A DNA stretch of 38,256 nucleotides from an uncultured Mycoplasmatota bacterium (lineage in GTDB: Bacteria; Bacillota_I; Bacilli_A; RF39; UBA660). Numbering within the stretch: position 1 is the stretch's first letter; every line of letters starts with the position of its first letter. Below are positions 36,111 through 38,256 of this stretch, in pieces. The position numbers were made by a program, and so were the translations under genes. A model generated the notes under the pieces. The model was not told where the DNA came from, did no database searches, and worked only from the letters and a program-made list of their open reading frames with translations. The stretch lies in assembly GCA_947572405.1 (NCBI GenBank), contig CANPBV010000002.1:1-38256 (forward strand), in the 5' to 3' direction.

Positions 36111-36126
36111 TATTTTTAGGAGGTAG

Positions 36127-36711
36127 ATGATGGGAAAATATATGAATGAATTAAATAAAAATAAAAAGTTTAAAAAGGAGAAAAAATTAGTTGATTATAG
36201 TTGGATTTTAAAGATATCAATGATTGCTTTTACCTTATCTATTGTATTTTCATTGCTTTCTGAAACAGTAATGCCAAAAGTAAATCTTTGGATCGGAATT
36301 GTCATTTTGATTTTATTTATTGGAATAGGAATCGCATTCGATATGGTAGGGGTTGCAGTAACAGCGGCCGAAGAAACTCCATTTCATTCCATGGCGGCTA
36401 GAAAGGTAAGAGGGGCAAAGGTAGCAGTTAAATTTAAAAGAAACGCGGCTCAGGTTTCTTCATTCTGCAATGATGTAATTGGAGACATTTGTGGGATTGT
36501 ATCAGGTTCTACTGGGGCTATTTTGTCAATTACAATATCCAACTCGTTACAGATAGACGCTTTACTAGTAAGCTTACTTGTAACTGCCTTAATTGCAGCC
36601 TTAACAATTGGTGGAAAAGCGATGGGGAAGGGGTTTGCAGTGACCAAAAGTAATGTGATATTATTTGAGTTTTCTAAAATTGTATCTTTAATTTATAATC
36701 CTAAAAAATAG
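36127..36711 (+). CDS. oapA: Small four-TM membrane protein, OapA-like (OLE-associated protein A candidate)
   Basis: SD aggagg at 36118-36123, so the ATG at 36130 is probably the true start. About 190 aa with four predicted TM helices. Conserved-looking FDMVGVAV and a DxxxD motif (NDVIGDICG) sit at the start of TM3. The family assignment comes from recollection of OapA properties plus the adjacent RNA. Confidence 0.55.
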   Translation: MMGKYMNELNKNKKFKKEKKLVDYSWILKISMIAFTLSIVFSLLSETVMPKVNLWIGIVILILFIGIGIAFDMVGVAVTAAEETPFHSMAARKVRGAKVAVKFKRNAAQVSSFCNDVIGDICGIVSGSTGAILSITISNSLQIDALLVSLLVTALIAALTIGGKAMGKGFAVTKSNVILFEFSKIVSLIYNPKK

Positions 36712-36736
36712 TAGAAATTAAATTCTACTATTTTTG
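36709..36736. terminator. Bidirectional terminator between oapA-like and the convergent acyltransferase gene
   Basis: tagtagaa / ttctacta 8-bp stem, 6-nt loop. T5 follows on the + strand and T6 on the - strand. Confidence 0.65.
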
Positions 36737-37706
36737 TGTTTTGAAAAAAATATGAAAAGTGTTTTTGTATATTCATAAATGTATAAAAGTATTATTCCAC
36801 TTAATATAGAACAACTAAAAACCAAAATAATATTAACCATTAAACTATTTGTAATATTTAAAATAGACATATGTTGCATAATAAATAAATAATGTGTTAA
36901 ATAAATGAAATAACTATATTTATCATTGCGCTTTAACAGCAAATTGTATTTAATTTGGAATTTATCAAAAATAATATAAAGTACAAAATATAGCATAATT
37001 CCCAGAAATACTCGTCCAAAATCAGAAAGGATAGATATATGACTAGTAACAAAACTTGGAAGATTGATAGGTAGATGATACCAATAAATAATACGAAAAG
37101 GGAATAGACATAAAAATAAAATAAACATTGAAATAAAGAAATTCTTTTTTTCTTTTTTTAAAGTACAGTGTTTGGTAAAATAATATCCTAATACATAATT
37201 ACATATCCATGCTGGATTGATGTTAACCACGTGAAATTCAAACAGTAAGATAGTAATTAATAAAAATAAGATCAAAGTTTTTAAATGGCCCTTGTTTTTA
37301 AATAAAATTTGTAATATTGGAGTAATGACATAACAAATTAAAATATAACTTACAAACTATGTGTTATCTAAAGAGAATAATCTTCCACAAAAGCCCCCAA
37401 AGCCAAGTACATTAGCTAAAATGAATAATTTAGAATATTTAATATTATATAAGAAATAATCTACACAAGTTATGATTAACACTAAAATGCTAAGTGGCAA
37501 TAATATTTTTATTAGTCTTTGCTTGTAAAACTGTTTCCAGTCTTTTATTTCTTTTTGTCCATATAAATATCCTGAAATAAAAAAGAAGATTTGTACTCCT
37601 ATAGTAAGCCAATAATAAAAAGAAATATCCAACTGTTGATAAATGTGGCAAAATATAATTAAAGAAGCAAATCGAATTAAAGGTATTGTTATATTTTTTC
37701 TTTCAT
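36718..37706 (-). pseudogene. Acyltransferase-3 family (O-acyltransferase) gene disrupted by a homopolymer frameshift and an in-frame TAG
   Basis: Track ORFs 37357-37632 and 36718-37275 are in the same frame. Only a TAG at 37357-37359 separates them, and read-through gives ...LFSLDNT*FVSYILICYVITPILQ.... The protein has the VQIFFFISGYLYG motif. The natural ATG at 37704-37706 (MKEK...) is out of frame because of an A6 tract (T6 at 37694-37699 on the + strand). With A7 it would read MKEKNITIPLIRFASLIIFCHIY.... Confidence 0.7.
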
Positions 37707-37792
37707 AAAATTCTTCAATCTAGTGTATTTTTACTATTTCTCATTATCACATACATTTTGAAAGAAAACAAAATTCCTTATGATAGCTTATA

Positions 37793-38032
37793 TTATTTAA
37801 ATAACTCGGTAATATTAATATTTAATGCATTTGCAATTCTTCCCAAAACAGCTATGGTTAAATGCTTATTGCGATGTTCATTTTCAATATCACAAATATA
37901 TTCTCTAGATAAGTCTGTCATGTCAGCTAAATCCTGTTGTGTCAAATGCTGTCTTAGACGATAATACTTAATGTTTTTTCTGATGATAGAATAATAATAT
38001 TCATCATTATGAACATACATTTTCGTCCTCAT
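37793..38032 (-). CDS. XRE-family helix-turn-helix transcriptional regulator
   Basis: HTH_3 pattern IRKNIKYYRLRQHLTQQDLADMTDLSREYICDIENEHRNKHLTIAVLGRIANALNINITELF. I prefer the ATG at 38032 (SD aggtga) to the GTG at 38041. Confidence 0.8.
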   Translation of the reverse strand: MRTKMYVHNDEYYYSIIRKNIKYYRLRQHLTQQDLADMTDLSREYICDIENEHRNKHLTIAVLGRIANALNINITELFK

Positions 38033-38138
38033 AAGAATCACCTACATCTATTTTCTTAGAAAAAAGTCTTTAAATATATAGGCTGACAGCCACATTTTGT
38101 GTTATAATGAGTCTAGGTATAAAAATAGGAGGTGCGAA

Positions 38139-38231
38139 ATGAGAGAATTAGAATACCCATTTGATAATGACTATATTTTAAAGAAAAAAAAGTCTTTAAA
38201 AAAAGTTGTGTTCAACTTTATGACTGATTGA
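38139..38231 (+). other. 30-codon ORF with a strong SD, possibly a truncated 5-prime remnant of a polysaccharide-locus gene
   Basis: SD aggaggt lies 5 nt upstream. It translates as MRELEYPFDNDYILKKKKSLKKVVFNFMTD*. From memory, the first ~22 aa resemble the N-terminus of FkbH-like HAD-IIIC proteins found in capsule loci. This is unverified, and the window ends 25 nt later. Confidence 0.25.
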
Positions 38232-38256
38232 GATATTCAGAATAAGCGACATTTAA

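Noticed and set aside
37357-37359. In-frame TAG as evidence for stop-codon reassignment (for example pyrrolysine or an alternative code)
   Set aside because: TAG is used as an ordinary terminator elsewhere in the window (the GT32 gene at 30024-30026 and the oapA-like gene at 36709-36711). No other gene needs read-through, so a nonsense mutation or base error is the simpler explanation.
1886-37964. Short track ORFs embedded in or antisense to the called genes: 1886-2098, 3592-3813, 6404-6604, 7304-7717, 8630-8935, 8702-8956, 10244-10453, 11736-11924, 12869-13069, 13439-13666, 13587-13778, 16205-16411, 16260-16445, 18213-18566, 19609-19833, 23538-23786, 23562-23807, 29295-29546, 29723-30007, 30393-30581, 30401-30592, 31645-31860, 33163-33489, 33573-33776, 34379-34609, 36450-36647, 37686-37964
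   Set aside because: Each overlaps a longer ORF that has clear family motifs. None has a convincing SD, and all have low-complexity or nonsensical sequence. They are treated as shadow ORFs.
1-38256. CRISPR arrays, tRNA/rRNA genes, IS elements, integrases, prophage or recognisable defence systems
   Set aside because: I scanned the intergenic regions and the ORF list. I found no regularly spaced direct repeats, no cloverleaf-like GC-rich ~75-nt segments, no transposase/integrase/restriction/Cas-like motifs. None are reported.

Overview
The window is a very AT-rich, Bacillota-type chromosomal segment (the lineage guess of Erysipelotrichia/Clostridia-like rests on composition and gene content only). 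No rRNA, tRNA, CRISPR array or IS/transposase was seen. Layout: (1) 1-14.2 kb holds housekeeping genes on the + strand: an orphan ABC ATPase, a frameshifted def-like paralog, two tandem paralogous lipoproteins, murD, eno, a DUF5710-like/zinc-ribbon orphan, ftsK, rsmE, an acidic membrane-anchored protein, mtaB, a 108-aa hypothetical, recD2 and a 49-aa ORF missing from the ORF track. (2) 14.6-19.7 kb is a convergent cell-envelope pair: a 984-aa secreted GH73 glucosaminidase multidomain protein and a 666-aa membrane protein with six PASTA repeats and no kinase or PBP domain. (3) 19.97-35.43 kb is a tightly overlapping + strand cell-wall polysaccharide locus: a Wzy-like::Alg14-like fusion, Alg13-like, GT2, DUF2304-like, GtrA, a large GT-C-like membrane protein, ugd, wzx, GT2, GT32, an acyltransferase scar, GT2, GT4, a NodB deacetylase, mnaA/wecB and a HAD::GtrA fusion. 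(4) 35.47-36.71 kb is the most interesting part. About 600 nt are ORF-free, GC-enriched and driven by a near-consensus promoter. A ~190-aa four-TM protein with a DxxxD motif follows directly. I interpret this pair as an OLE-like large structured ncRNA with its OapA-like partner, or a relative of that system. (5) 36.7-38.2 kb carries a disrupted acyltransferase-3 gene (homopolymer frameshift plus in-frame amber), an XRE regulator and a truncated small ORF. All calls come from reading the sequence and recognising motifs. No database search or RNA folding was run.
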